The notes: generated by a model not told the origin, from the letters alone. DNA of 63,832 nucleotides, filler included, from Rhabdomonas costata (GCA_019059605.1; 43 parts of 43 records of this genome joined end to end with filler, not necessarily neighbours in it), one strand, 5' to 3'; positions 50,083-62,503 are shown, numbered from the whole stretch's first letter. Made by a program: numbers and translations.

Positions 50083-50214
50083 ATGGCCGAGATCTCCATT
50101 AAGGCTGGCCCCAAGACAGTTTCCCTCAACGGGGGCCTGTTCATTGACGGAAAGTTTGTGGAGTCGGCAGAGAAGAAGAAGATGGACGTTATCAATCCCG
50201 CCACTGGGGGCAAG
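50083..50214 (+). CDS. Aldehyde dehydrogenase, first exon
   Basis: GLFIDGKFVES....MDVINPATGGK is the typical ALDH N-terminus. Confidence 0.85.
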
Positions 50215-50387
50215 GCGCGGATCTTTTGTTTCCTTTGCAGTGAACATCTCGTGTGTTCTCTGGTGTTGGAATTAATAATATCTCGGGGACCTTTCTGGCT
50301 ACGGATCTCAGCTGGGCGCAGTGGGCTTCGTCATGATCCCCAAACGGCATTCCGTATTCAGGAGAAACCCACTTGATAATTTGAAAA

Positions 50388-50433
50388 ACTCGACACTTCT
50401 CGACACTTCTCGACACTTCTCGACACTTCGACT
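50388..50433 (+). repeat. 10-nt tandem repeat (CTCGACACTT), about 4.5 copies
   Basis: Visible directly in the sequence. Confidence 0.9.
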
Positions 50434-52619
50434 GCTTTTGAAAACTTGAAAACCCACAANNNNNNNNNNNNNNNNNNNNNNNNNNNNNNNNNNNNNNNNN
50501 NNNTTAATTAATTAANNNNNNNNNNNNNNNNNNNNNNNNNNNNNNNNNNNNNNNNNNNNTGTTGGGGGGAAAACAAGCAGCCCTGCACTCAATCTTTACC
50601 TGCTGTAGCAAGGTACAATCTGTAAAGAGAGTACAACCAACATCGAAGAAATGATTCGGCATAAGCTACCATGATGTTTGAGCCTCGCTTCATTTCTTCG
50701 ATGTTGGTTGTACTCTCTTTACAGATTGTACCTTGCTACAGCAGGTAAAGATTGAGTGCAGGGCTGCTTGTTTTCCCCGCGCTTAATTCAAAAGCAGGCA
50801 ATTCTGAAGAGCGACCACCAAAGCTTGGTAAGATCTCAGTTTTACGTATTTCTAACTTTTTGCTTTCTAATTAGCGCCCGAAAATTCCTGACCACCCCAG
50901 CCATGTACTTCCGATTAAATGATATTTCTGTCCCGCATTTGCCGTGGCGGCGTGTTCAATGAGCGCTCTCATGGCTTTGGCGGTCAATGAAGTCGAGTTC
51001 TTGGTGCCGGCGCACCGCCGTTGGTTGAGCGACGAACGCCACTTCCGCTTACCACTTTGGTCTGCGGTGGTGTTGCCGATCTCCCGCCGGAACTATGCAT
51101 CAAATTCGCACTAACACAGCTTGGAGCGCTGCATCCGGATTTTTCTCCGGAATGCTGGTCTTCCAACTGATCGATATCACTCGATATCACCATTTCTTTA
51201 TCCCCGGCCCTGCTTTTGAGCTCTCTGCGCTGGCTTCGGGAACTTCTGGACGGTTTTTTGGAATGCCGTTCGGGCGGGATGCCTTTTCTCTCCCTTGCGG
51301 CCCCTGGCGGTGGTTGTCGTTAAGGCCAAGCCCCCGTACGGCGCATTTAAGTACTCCGCAGCAGCTGCCCGCCGGTGTGGCCGCAAAAAACCGGCGGCGG
51401 AAGTGGGCGGCTTCACAAACTGTTAGCCCCGCGCATTTGTGGAACGCCGGGTAAAAGAACTGCGAATACTGCGCCGGCCCGTCCCGCTACGTGCTGTTCC
51501 ATATATTTACCAGGCAAAAAAACCCCGGACGCAAACCGAACGCAACGTTCCCCCCTATTTTTCCGACGGGTTGTTGACCGGAGGGCCCCGCGGCGTGTTA
51601 CCGGGAGCGGTCCCTCCCCGTCTGCGGTTTTTGCCGCGGGACGTGTCGGCTGAGGACGAGCGGTTGCCATGCCGGAAACTCGTTCCCACGGCGGTGCCCG
51701 CACGGGTAGTCTTCTATCTCGTCGTATTTGCAAAAACGCCTTCGGGGTCCCTGTTCATTTCAACTCCATACAACCTGACCCGCACGGCTCTTCATCCGCT
51801 TGCCCTTTGCTCTGGAGCGGGCTCCGGGCTTGCCAGCACGGCCGGCCGCGGATCCGGACCCGTCGCCGCGTCGCCGAAAGCCCCGCGCGCAGAATTCGTT
51901 GGGTTCTTTGGCGCGCCCACTTGAAAAAGCAAGATACCCAAAACCNNNNNNNNNNNNNNNNNNNNNNNNNNNNNNNNNNNNNNNNNNNNTTAATTAATTA
52001 ANNNNNNNNNNNNNNNNNNNNNNNNNNNNNNNNNNNNNNNNNNNNTTGTTTGTGTCAGTAATTTCGAGGGTGCTTGCATATTTTTTTGCGACCGTTTTTG
52101 TAAAAAAGCCAGTTTTCTGTCACCACTTCCCTCCCCCAGCTTCCATCGGGCCGACGGATACACACACAAATGCATTGAAAATGCATTGCGGAAGTTGCGC
52201 CCTAAATTGATCCCTTCAGGTGAACACTCGAACTGACTTTTCACGTCGCCACATTGGTGGCTGTCAAACACTAGACCGCCGAAAGGGAAACCAGACCGGA
52301 TCACCCACTTTGTTTTGTTGTTCCATGTTTTCAGCGGTCCGCAAGCTCGCAGTGACTTAGCTGAACATAGCCAAACATCACTGAGAAACCCAACCACGGA
52401 GGGATTCGGGCAATTAAAAAACACATTTCCTTTTTCTTAGGAGGCTTCCACTCCACCCAAGAAAAAAGCAAAATAACAGGAAAGCTTCGTCAGAGTACCA
52501 AAACCGAGAAATACTATGCGACCCCATGAACAATAGAAACGGGAGGGTGATCCCACGCGCGTCAAAACATAGGAATACAAGACAATACTACGAGAATCGC
52601 CGAATTCGCGACAAAAGAC

Positions 52620-53387
52620 CTTCGCGTCGGCTTGCATCCCGAAGGATTCCACCTCCGTCACCAGCGATGCTGAATGCTCCACAATGCTCTGCCGCAGGGC
52701 AGCGAAGGAGTCCAGCACGCTCCCCTCGTACAGCCGCACCGGAAGAGTAATTACCGCCACCCAGTCCAGATTCAGCATGTGCATCCTGGACGCCTGCACG
52801 AAGAACTCCGCGGTCTGCCCCGTCGTCAGGTTGGTGAGGTTCACCGCGTCCATCCTCCCAAAGCTCAGGTTGGCCCAGCTGCCGTACTTCTGCAGCAGAA
52901 ACTTCGCGGACTGGTTCACGATGGCCTCAGGGTAGGTCAGCACATTTTCATACGGACGGTAGGGCTGCACGGAGATTTACAAACATGGATGGCGGAGAAC
53001 CTGGCGCAGTTCAAAAGTTCCGCTCGAGTGTTGTGCTGGTGGAAGCGCTGGCCCCGCACCCCAATCCGCAGTCCGACCTTACGTCGCATTGTAATGAAGT
53101 GCAAGTCAATGTATCCACCCAAAACCAGACCAGCCCGTTGCTCCCGGGGTGGGGGGTGGGACAGACAAATACCAGGCTGGTGATAAAGTGAAATAAGTGC
53201 ACGTCAAGGGGTAGGGAGCCCATACGAGGTCCTCCTCCGGGTCGATGTCGCTTGCGGCGAGAAGGGTTCCTGAACCATCCACAAGGTACATCCGCATGGT
53301 GGGCTGCCGGGAGACCAGGTTTTGCAGAAACAGCGAGAGGGTCTTGAAGTCCGCCGTCCGAGCCACCGCGCCGAGAAAAGTACCATT
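52620..53387 (-). CDS. Cache-like extracellular sensor domain protein (probable receptor cyclase/kinase), at least two exons
   Basis: NGTFLGAV....DFKTLSLFLQNL....MRMYLVDGSGTLLAAS and LDWVAVITLP are typical dCache segments. Exons are bounded by AG and GT. Confidence 0.6.
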
Positions 53388-53727
53388 CTGATCCAAAAGG
53401 AAAGGGAAGTACCAACCGACACGAGGTCGGCNNNNNNNNNNNNNNNNNNNNNNNNNNNNNNNNNNNNNNNNNNNNTTAATTAATTAANNNNNNNNNNNNN
53501 NNNNNNNNNNNNNNNNNNNNNNNNNNNNNNNGTTGCGGTGGGTGTGCAGGGTCATGATTTTTGCAATATATTTATTGCCGTCCTAAGCAGCTCCACAATG
53601 GTTGTCTTTTCCCGTCACCGTCAGGATTTATTTTCCAAGTGAATGTTACAATCGCTCAAGGTACCTCGAAATCAAGCCAGCACCTGGCAACTTAAATTCT
53701 TCTCTCCCCTCGCACTGCCCGCCCCAG

Positions 53728-53991
53728 TCTGGTGCCCAGCCTCCGTGCTCGCACGCCCTCTCCCGATTTGGAACGAGTACCTCGGATTTTTTGGTGTGCA
53801 AGAAATGCGGGGTGCTGGTGGTCGCGCTGTGCGAGCTTGAGGGGCGCACTCGAGCTGTGCACAACATCCGGGCCATGCTGGAGACCGAGTTCTCTGCCAC
53901 CCCGGATCGCACTAACTTTGACGGAGAGAGCGTAGAGCAGCGCCTGGCCCGTCGGGCGCGGAATTGGACGGGCAGTGTTACCATGGCTTGA
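53728..53991 (+). CDS. GFA/CENP-V-family (aldehyde-activating) protein of bacterial type, C-terminal exon
   Basis: RFGTSTSDFLVCKKCGVLV...EGRTRAVHNIRAM...NFDGESVEQRLARRARNWTG. Stop at 53989-53991. Confidence 0.8.
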   Translation, partial: SGAQPPCSHALSRFGTSTSDFLVCKKCGVLVVALCELEGRTRAVHNIRAMLETEFSATPDRTNFDGESVEQRLARRARNWTGSVTMA

Positions 53992-55349
53992 GCTCCGCTG
54001 TGGGGAGCAGCTCATCTGGGAACGGATGGCTGCAAGTGATGGCATTGATTGCTGCCAAGAGCATCAGGAATAAGCTTTTTCACAATCTATCTGTCCACCC
54101 ATCTTGTTACCATCTTGCATGCGCCCAAAAGCAGCAAGTGGAGCCACCGTGGAATCGATTCCTATGAGCTTGCATGCTGATCATGATTTCCCGTGGATCT
54201 TTGCCGTCGGGGGATATCACATCTTGAAGCACACTGCGTGACTGAAACGAAAATTACCCGATGCGGATCCTGCCCATTCTCGTTGGGCAGTTGTGAAGAG
54301 CCCGGTTTGTTCAGAAATTAATATCAGAATGAGCGTTACCGCCCGATGGGAAAGAGAAGCAGGCTTAGGTCTACATAGCGGTGGTGAGAATTGCAAATTG
54401 ACGTTTGATTTGGATTCATAGTGTGCATCACTGATGACGCGAAGCTGACAGTGTCAGTCCCATTGATCATTGACCTCATTTTCGCACACTCACCAAGTGC
54501 CTCCCATCAATGCGTTCCACGAATCGTGAACTTTCGTATGATGGTCTCTGCCTCATATGGGCCAATTATCTGCGGTCGGTGCATTTTTTGTGTGCACTGT
54601 ATGAAGAAGTTGCGGAATTGCGTGTTATGCACCCCCAATGACCCCCCAAAAACATTCCTTCGGACTGCAGTAATTTGATTTGTTTTTGTTGTGTTCTGTT
54701 GGGAATAATTGACTGTTGTGATTTTTGATCGGCTTGTATTTCTATGTAGTGCTATCTTTTGTGGTTTTTGTGTGCGCTCTTTTCGGCGCTACAACGTATT
54801 TTCTTCTTCTATTTTTGTTTTGTGCCAATGTCCTGAAGCCCGAAGGAATGTTTTTGGGGGGTCATTGGGGGTGCATAACACGCAATTCCGCAACTTCTTC
54901 ATACAGTACACACAACANNNNNNNNNNNNNNNNNNNNNNNNNNNNNNNNNNNNNNNNNNNNTTAATTAATTAANNNNNNNNNNNNNNNNNNNNNNNNNNN
55001 NNNNNNNNNNNNNNNNNGGTGTGTTGTTGTTGTGACCTCCAACACGACTGCCGGGGTTCCGGCGGGTTGAAAGGCCTTCTCTAGCTGAGGTCAAACTTCC
55101 CGTCGCTTCCCAGCATAATAAAACGATGCGCATCTTGGTATCCTTATTCGTCTAGTCTACTTCCGAGACTTCGTATCTGGCTTTTCTGGAGGGGGAGTCT
55201 CGCGAAGGTTTTGGATCCACAATATCAGCCAGCTCCGTGGAAAGGTTCACAAGCGTGGTGGTATTGATGTGGATCACAAGCCAGCGTTCGGTGCTGAAAG
55301 GTTTCCACCCTGGGATCCAGGCAAGGGTGGGACGCTGGGGAGGGGCGAC

Positions 55350-55500
55350 CTTTGAACACAACGAGTTCGCCGTCGAGGTTCAGCTTTACCACGGGGACAC
55401 GACCCTCTGCCCTCATGGGGATGCGAATGTCCCGGCCCCCCCGGATGTGGCACAGCAGGGGGCACTGGTGGATGCCCGAGACCTCGGGGCGGAACGTAAT
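55350..55500 (-). CDS. ASH/MSP Ig-like domain exon (Hydin/CFAP47-like)
   Basis: ITFRPEVSGIHQCPLLCHIRGGRDIRIPMRAEGRVPVVKL, bounded by AG and GT. Confidence 0.55.
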
Positions 55501-55644
55501 CTAACCAGGCAGACGTCCACACCAGAGGAAATGACAAAACGCCTTATGCGCACCTGCAAGTCCATCGCCCTTTTGGAACGCTCTCAAGAACTCGTAACAA
55601 AAAACATCTGAAATTCAGGATGTCACTTGTCTTACTGTCACCCA

Positions 55645-55860
55645 AAGAGAATGGGAAAGTATCCCCCGGCCACCTTAGTAACGTTGGTGGGGATGGTGAA
55701 GGTCACGGGGAACGAGGCGTTGGTGCACACGGTGCCGCTGACGGTACCGCTGCAATTCGGTAGAAGTTCCGGGGCGACCAGGGCGCCCGGGGCGCCACAG
55801 CTGAGGTTGCCCGCAGTGGAGTTCCACACAAACTGCGTGCGTGTTGAGGACGTGGGGTGC
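55645..55860 (-). CDS. Thr/Gly/Cys-rich, N-glycosylation-site-rich extracellular protein fragment
   Basis: FVWNSTAGNLSCGAPG...NCSGTVSGTVCTNASFPVTFTIPTNVTK with GC-rich codons. Confidence 0.4.
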
Positions 55861-56619
55861 GCAGCCTTCACGTCTGTCTGCATTGAGTTTATCTTTTTGT
55901 AGTATTATCTTCGTCCGCCGACTTTCGTTCGGGGATCGCTGGCACGTGGCTCATGACTTGAGCAGCACCCAAAATTGGTGCGATGGTGGTAATTCTGAGT
56001 TCAGCTTACTGATATAGCCAGAGTCTAGGTGCATCTCAACGCCACACTACAGAAGTTGAAATTGTTTATTTTGGCTTGCCATGGACAGGGTGCCCACAAA
56101 TGAGCTCGTGTACGGGTGTTCCATTAAAAATGGTAAAATACTTTTTGAACAAACCCACTGTAAAGTGGGGGTGTTGCCGTTGTTGTTGCGACGGTGATTG
56201 CGTGAAATGCATTTTATTTAACGCAACCTTGTATCCCCGTTGCGCTTTTAGCATGTGGGGTGAGATTTTTGTCCTACCCCCCTTTAGCCTTTTGTTTACC
56301 ATATGGTTGGCCAGTCAGAACCCCGGTCCGGGCCGTAAAGCTGCTGTGGCAGTTGGGGTCCGGACCGGGGTTCTGACTGGCCAACCATATGGTAAACAAA
56401 ACCNNNNNNNNNNNNNNNNNNNNNNNNNNNNNNNNNNNNNNNNNNNNTTAATTAATTAANNNNNNNNNNNNNNNNNNNNNNNNNNNNNNNNNNNNNNNNN
56501 NNNGGGTTGTGGGCTCCACCCGAGGGGCATTCTGTGGGATGTTTGCGTCGGAGGGAAGTGGGCCAAGGGGGGTATGAGGGGTGTTGTGGCACCGCTCTTC
56601 CGCATGGTTCCTTCTTACG

Positions 56620-57060
56620 CCGGCCCATGCTTCGTGACCACCAGAGGCATTCGTAGGGAGTGGAGCCCGCTGATGGCGACCCTTTTACTGAATTCCGACC
56701 GCCGGGGCACAACCCCTAGACCTACCACGGACGCATCACAACGCTCGACATCCGACGTTTCAACGGTGTACTGCGTTGAGAGGGCTGTGGTGACTGAATG
56801 ACAGGCGTTGGTGGGATGCGGGCGTGGGGCACCAACGCTTCGTCGCTAACTGCGTTCGTTCCGCGCTTAGTAAACCAAGTCGTCGATGCCACGCATCTCC
56901 TACATGTTCGGGTCGTCGTTCCCCCGCTGCGCGGTTCCACTCTTCCTAACATCCAATGCATAGTAAGATGCGGGTCGTGGTCGGTGCGCTCCTCTTTTTT
57001 TCACTCGTCGCAGAACTCCAAGTTCATATCCCCACGCTTGAGCGGTGCAGAATGTAAGAA
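56620..57060 (-). mobile_element. Decayed Merlin/IS1595-like transposase remnant
   Basis: Across frameshifts: EFCDE / KKRGAH / HDPHLTMHWMLG / KRGTNAVSDEA / EFSKR..SGLHS / ECLW. These are colinear with EVDE / RKRKGLH / HPSSVKMDVWG / IGTTVFSDG / QFCK..GKVHT / DGYW of the 57989-58973 copy. Confidence 0.5.
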
Positions 57061-57988
57061 TGAGAGAGGAAGGGGAAAGCGCATAGCGAAGGACCGGAAA
57101 GCGAAGATGAAGACTGATACCCCTTTCCCATCTAGGGCCATCGTGGTGGCATCGACTGAAAGTCTCCATTGGTTGGTTGCCCATGGATGGGGCGTTTTAG
57201 TTTCAAGAACGTTTCGGTCATGAAAAGCAGTTCTCTTTCAGCGATGGGTTTTCGTGAAAGCAGCAAAGCAGAAGGACACGTGCAACAACCACGCCTATGA
57301 TGCAAGTGATGCAAAGTTTGGCGATGAGCACGTCGAACACCACAACGGGATAACGGAGAAGGAATGCACGACTACCACTTGCTCCGCACGCAACCTTGGA
57401 CCCAAAGTGGAGGGCACCAAGTCCCCCCACCTATTGATGTTGATGTGGCTGTTGGGGGGCTCTTCCCCGATGGCGGAGGGAACTGCAGTCATGCGCGCAC
57501 TCAAGAAACAAGAAAAAGCTTTGGAGCAACACCTGGCCGATCTGAACGATCACATAAACAGAAGGCCTCCGCCATTCCAGGGCCCAAAGCAAACTCATTC
57601 TTTTACAGACTTTTTTGAGGGCAACTTTTTTTTGCCAGATTGGCTGCCAATAATGTGCAGCAACATTTATAACTTTTAAGGAGAGCTGGATACAGGCCGG
57701 CAATTTCCCATTCACCGAGTGCGAGGAACTGGAACGCAAGGATAAACAGAGCAGCAGAAACGCAAACATTCATCAGGGAGGGTTGATCACTGTGAACAAG
57801 AGCAACGGCAAGTTGAACGAGTTTTCAAAACGTTCACAACAGCTCAAATGAAGTCCAGGCATCACGTGCCAGACAGTTAGACAGGTAGNNNNNNNNNNNN
57901 NNNNNNNNNNNNNNNNNNNNNNNNNNNNNNNNTTAATTAATTAANNNNNNNNNNNNNNNNNNNNNNNNNNNNNNNNNNNNNNNNNNNN

Positions 57989-58973
57989 TGTTGTTGGGAA
58001 GAGACTATTTAGCTTTGCTTACATTTTTGGGGTCTTACGGCATTCTGGACGTTCCCTCTTCCTGCCCCAAGTGTGGATGTGGTTTAGCTGTGGTAAAGCG
58101 TAGAGGAAGAGAGCAGTTGAGGTGCAAGGAGTGCCATCGTTGGATTTCTGTCCGGTTGGGAAGTCTGCTGACGACTTTCTCTATCCCACTCGCTACTTGG
58201 TTGCTGATTGTGTATCTGTGGGCAACACAGACTTGTTTCTCTGCAGCTCTGGCCCTCTCTGGAGCTAGTAATTCAACGGTATCGAAGGTGTTCTACCTGC
58301 TCCGTCTGTGTACCAAGAAATGCTGCGATGGATATGGGAAAATCCTTGGGGGTCCAGGCTGTGTGGTGGAGGTCGATGAAACAGAGTGCGGCCGTAAACG
58401 AAAAGGGCTTCACGGGCACCCCAGTTCGGTGAAAATGGATGTTTGGGGCGCCATTGATCTCAAAAAGAAGCTAGTGGTCTTCAAGCCGTTTAAAAAATGG
58501 CACTCCGTGGAGGACAGGAGGCGTAATGGTCCTGCTTCTGCTGCAGAGGTTCTACCTTTGGTGTCTCAGTTCATAGCGATTGGTACCACGGTGTTCAGCG
58601 ATGGCCTTAAGGCCTACAGGCACAACCTGGAGGACATGGGTTACTTTCACGACTCCGTTAAGCACGGCGACGGGCAGTTTTGTAAATCTAGAGCTGCTCA
58701 GCGGATGACAAGGGCGGTTACGACAATGGGGAAGGTCCACACAAACACAATTGATGGCTACTGGGCTGTTTCAAGAACTGTATGCGGGGTATGAAATCCC
58801 TTCGCACGGAGACCTAGCCTCTATTCCTCGCTGAGTTCATGTGGAGGCATAATAGCTCCGTGTTGGATACCAACCGGTCTGTCTTTGAGCGGATTCTGGT
58901 GCTCTTGGGCTCCTACGCTCACGAAGAAACTTTAGCGCACCAACTCTCTGTGCTGACCTTGGACGAACGCTAG
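57989..58973 (+). mobile_element. Merlin (IS1016/IS1595-family) DDE transposase pseudogene
   Basis: Zn ribbon CPKC...CKEC, then VEVDET, WGAID, VFSDGLKAY, GYFHDSVKH and VHTNTIDGYW. After a 1-nt deletion near 58765 it continues FKNCMRG...*PLFLAEFMWRHN, with an in-frame TAG near 58814. No introns. Confidence 0.92.
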
Positions 58974-60389
58974 ATGTTGTCTCTTTCTGGCCTTTCCCAG
59001 CCGTGTTCCACTTTTGGAGTTGTGCCGGACAATCTTGAAAAAGTGAGAAGGAAGAAGAGAAGACGTTGTCTCCTTAACAAAAAATAAAAGATGTAAAAAT
59101 CATAAATAGTTAAACATCGTGCAAGACTGTAAAAAATACATAAAGTCAGAAGACTTTTATGATTATATTGTTTAAGAATGTCCCAGTCTAAATTAAATAC
59201 TTTAGATTGTGGTCGAAATTTTTTCTTTTTCTATTAATTTTCAAAATCACGGCACTGCGGCACAGGCACCAGAGTGCGGGAAGAGTGTAACACTAAAAAC
59301 AAACAATTTACAGGAACGCGAGAGATAGCAGGGGTGAACTAAGCACATAAGAAACAAAGACGATAAACCACAACNNNNNNNNNNNNNNNNNNNNNNNNNN
59401 NNNNNNNNNNNNNNNNNNTTAATTAATTAANNNNNNNNNNNNNNNNNNNNNNNNNNNNNNNNNNNNNNNNNNNNTTGTTTTGGGGGCTAAGTGAGCCTGG
59501 AGGGGCTGCTGTAAACGGCCTGTTTCTGCCTTGTGCTTGTGGCTGGTGTACAAAAGACGCTGGGCAGTGTGTTTTTCAAAAAGAGTGCATCAAGCGACCT
59601 CCACAACCCTTTTTTCATCCTGTGGTGTGCACTGCCCCCCGCCTTTGTTTTGAGAATGGACAGGGTTTGCCTACCCGTTAATCATCGTCAGAAAGAAAAG
59701 AAGTTTGCCGGAATTTCTACTGTAGCTACGTTTGGTTTTGTCATTGGCCCTACCCGCCGCGCACCCTACGCGCGCTGCTTCCCGTGTGGTGATGGGTGAG
59801 CCTTTCGCCTGTTTTTCTCTGTCCTCCCTTGTACAGCAGTAACTCCGGGCTGGTGTGTTTCATCACCGATGTTGTACGGGAAGGGCCTGCGAATGAAAAT
59901 GCTCAAAGCTGGGGAGCAAAGGGAAACGAAGCTTGTCCGAGCGCCGTGGCTGCGACCGGTATAGCATTTCGATTTGAGAAGCTTGGAAAGAAACGACGGA
60001 GAACTTGAAATTTCCCCAAATGAAAGATTTCCAGTTAGTCATGCGTAAACACAAGGACCAGAATGGCTCAGCGTGTCGCTCCAACGCACCTTGCATCTCA
60101 GACAAAAAAGCTCAAACGATCACCAGCATACCTCTCTGTCCTTCAAATATACCGTCGCACTCCCAGCCATTGGAAACTTTGGTAACACCCTAAAACCAAC
60201 AAACCTAAACTTTCACTTCAGCTTCACTTTTGCTTCGCAGTTGCCGCTCCTTTCTTCTTCTTTTTTTTTGTTGTTTTGTTGAGTTTTGCGGTTTTCAGGG
60301 TTTGTGTGCCAGCAAAGGTTAGCAGTCACTCACAGGAAGCCACGCGCACTCTGTGACCTCCTGCCTGGGGAGGTTTCCTCACCCACATC

Positions 60390-60479
60390 ATGAATTGCAT
60401 CGACATGGTCCGCGATTATGTCCAGAAGATGGTCGGCGGGGTCGCCGGCCTGAAAGCCCTACTTCTGGACGAAGAGACG
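60390..60479 (+). CDS. VPS45: Vacuolar protein sorting 45 (Sec1/Munc18 family), first exon
   Basis: MNCIDMVRDYVQKMVGGVAGLKALLLDEET matches the Vps45 N-terminus. GT donor at 60480. Confidence 0.85.
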
Positions 60480-60960
60480 GTCCTACCCATCGCGCACTTT
60501 ACGCACGCTACCGTAATCCTTTGCTTCGTTCCAAATAGAGAGACGACGGAGTCTAACGGCAAATGTAGTTCGGATGTCCTCTGATGGGAAGCAAAAAAAA
60601 AAACGCAGCAGGCTCGGTGTCTTCTCGGTGTGGTCGCTGAGTCGCACGAACGCTTATTTATCTGCTTGTTTGCTGCATGTGTGGGATGTGTGATCCTTCT
60701 GCGGAACTGCGGAAGAGGGATAGATACGTTCAGTGACGTCAGAAATTCCAGTTATTCAAATCCAGGGTTTTCTGTGATCATTTTTAGTGCCTCCCAGTGA
60801 GGTACGTGTTCATCCTTTATCCCAGCAGTGCTGAGGAGAATCCTCACTGTCACCCCCCCCNNNNNNNNNNNNNNNNNNNNNNNNNNNNNNNNNNNNNNNN
60901 NNNNTTAATTAATTAANNNNNNNNNNNNNNNNNNNNNNNNNNNNNNNNNNNNNNNNNNNN

Positions 60961-61233
60961 TTGTGGGGTTGTCTCTTGCACCACCCCGGGACACTTCTCT
61001 GGTTCCACGGGGGTCCGGATAGAGGTGGTGGGGTTGGCCTCCAATGCCCCCGCACCACTGGGCCTCAGAGTAGGCACAGCGGCAGCAGGAGAGCCTTCCG
61101 CGACAGCTGGGCTGTTCAAGACGGAGACCAAGCTTTGCCGCAGCAGCTTGGCCTGCGCCCGAAGCTGCTGGCGAAGATCCGCCGCGGAGGAGGAGGATGA
61201 TGATAATAATGCGGCCTCAGGAATGATCGACAT
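60961..61233 (-). CDS. Unknown protein, N-terminal exon
   Basis: MSIIPEAALLSSSSSSAADLRQQLRAQAKLLRQSL is GC-rich and stays open to the contig end. Confidence 0.45.
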
Positions 61234-62072
61234 TTCCTTTTCTGCTGTTTCTTTTCTGCGAAAACCCGAATCAGTCTGTGGGATGGGAGGTGGGGTGCAA
61301 ACACCCCTTGGATGGTAGTGTGGGATCTGGTATAGCTGATGTTCACGAGAGGGGAGGAACGAGCACGTGAGAGACAGACACAAAGACAAGAAAGAGAACG
61401 CGGTGTAATGCAGAAAAAAACGCCTGGTGAGCCAAACGACACTCAAAAAGACCTTCAGCAGATGAGCGACTACAGGACGGATGCTCACGCACGCACGCAC
61501 GCACACACACACAAAAAAAACAAATATACACACAAACACAGCGATTACGAAGCCCACACGAGCCTTCACGAGGTATTATGGGTGGCCCCTCCAAAAAATG
61601 AATAAATAGGTTGAGGAATTCTCTACGCAGCCAGACCACAGCAGAATGCGCAAATGCGCAGTCAGTAACTGTGAGCAGCGCCCCCCCCCCACAAAAAAAA
61701 CAGCCGCAGACGGCGGATGCACGCATGGACGCAGTTTCGCTCAAATTCGCGAACTTCCGGGGGTACGTTGCTTTTTCAAGCATGCAGGAACCCGTCTCTT
61801 CTCATTTTCACGTCCACCCACACTTTTCCAAGGGCCAAACGTAACAAATTGCAACGTAAATGTAATGTAATGGCAACTTTTTTAAGGGGGCTTCTCTTTT
61901 TCTTGAGCTCGCTTTGGGTCGTCGCACCCCCCGGCCCTCAATCACTGCGAGCGAGATGTAATGGCAATGTAATGACCCTACAATTGGGCAGCGCAACCTT
62001 AGCATCAGCAGCAAGGCCACAAGTGAAGGTTGCGGGAGCCCTTCCACAACTTCCTCCTCCCCAAAACCCAAA

Positions 62073-62320
62073 TCACCCCGGCACTTTGCCACTGAGCTGC
62101 TTTTTCTTTCGAAGTAGCTTGCGACGGGGTTTGACGTTCTCAGGCACAGCCTTCCCGGAGAGCACCGACGGGAGGGCCGTACCCCCCTGCGCTTTCGCAG
62201 TGCTCTTCCTCTTTCTGCGCAGGAACTTCACCCCCGTCCCGACAGTCGCCGTGGATGTCGATGTGGTTGACTTTCCACCCCCGTCTGATATTCCCATCAG
62301 CCGCACCGCCTCAGCCTATG
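62073..62320 (-). CDS. Basic (K/R-rich) C-terminal exon of an unknown, possibly nucleolar, protein
   Basis: ...GVKFLRRKRKSTAK...VKPRRKLLRKKKQLSGKVPG*. Confidence 0.45.
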
Positions 62321-62503
62321 GATAAGGAACCATTTGCCCACCCACCNNNNNNNNNNNNNNNNNNNNNNNNNNNNNNNNNNNNNNNNNNNNTTAATTAATT
62401 AANNNNNNNNNNNNNNNNNNNNNNNNNNNNNNNNNNNNNNNNNNNNGGTGGTTGTGCCACTGCTGTAGATCCGCAGTGCTCTCCGGGCCTGCCTCTTCCT
62501 CAG

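Noticed and set aside
14609..56403. Long perfect inverted repeats as MITEs, hairpin telomeres or miRNA precursors
   Set aside because: Each has a unique sequence, always touches a contig end and often ends in primer-like G/T or A/C bases. This fits fold-back amplification artefacts.
1388..62446. Regularly spaced TTAATTAATTAA units resembling a repeat array or CRISPR
   Set aside because: They are always embedded in N-runs between unrelated contigs, so they are an artificial all-frame-stop linker.
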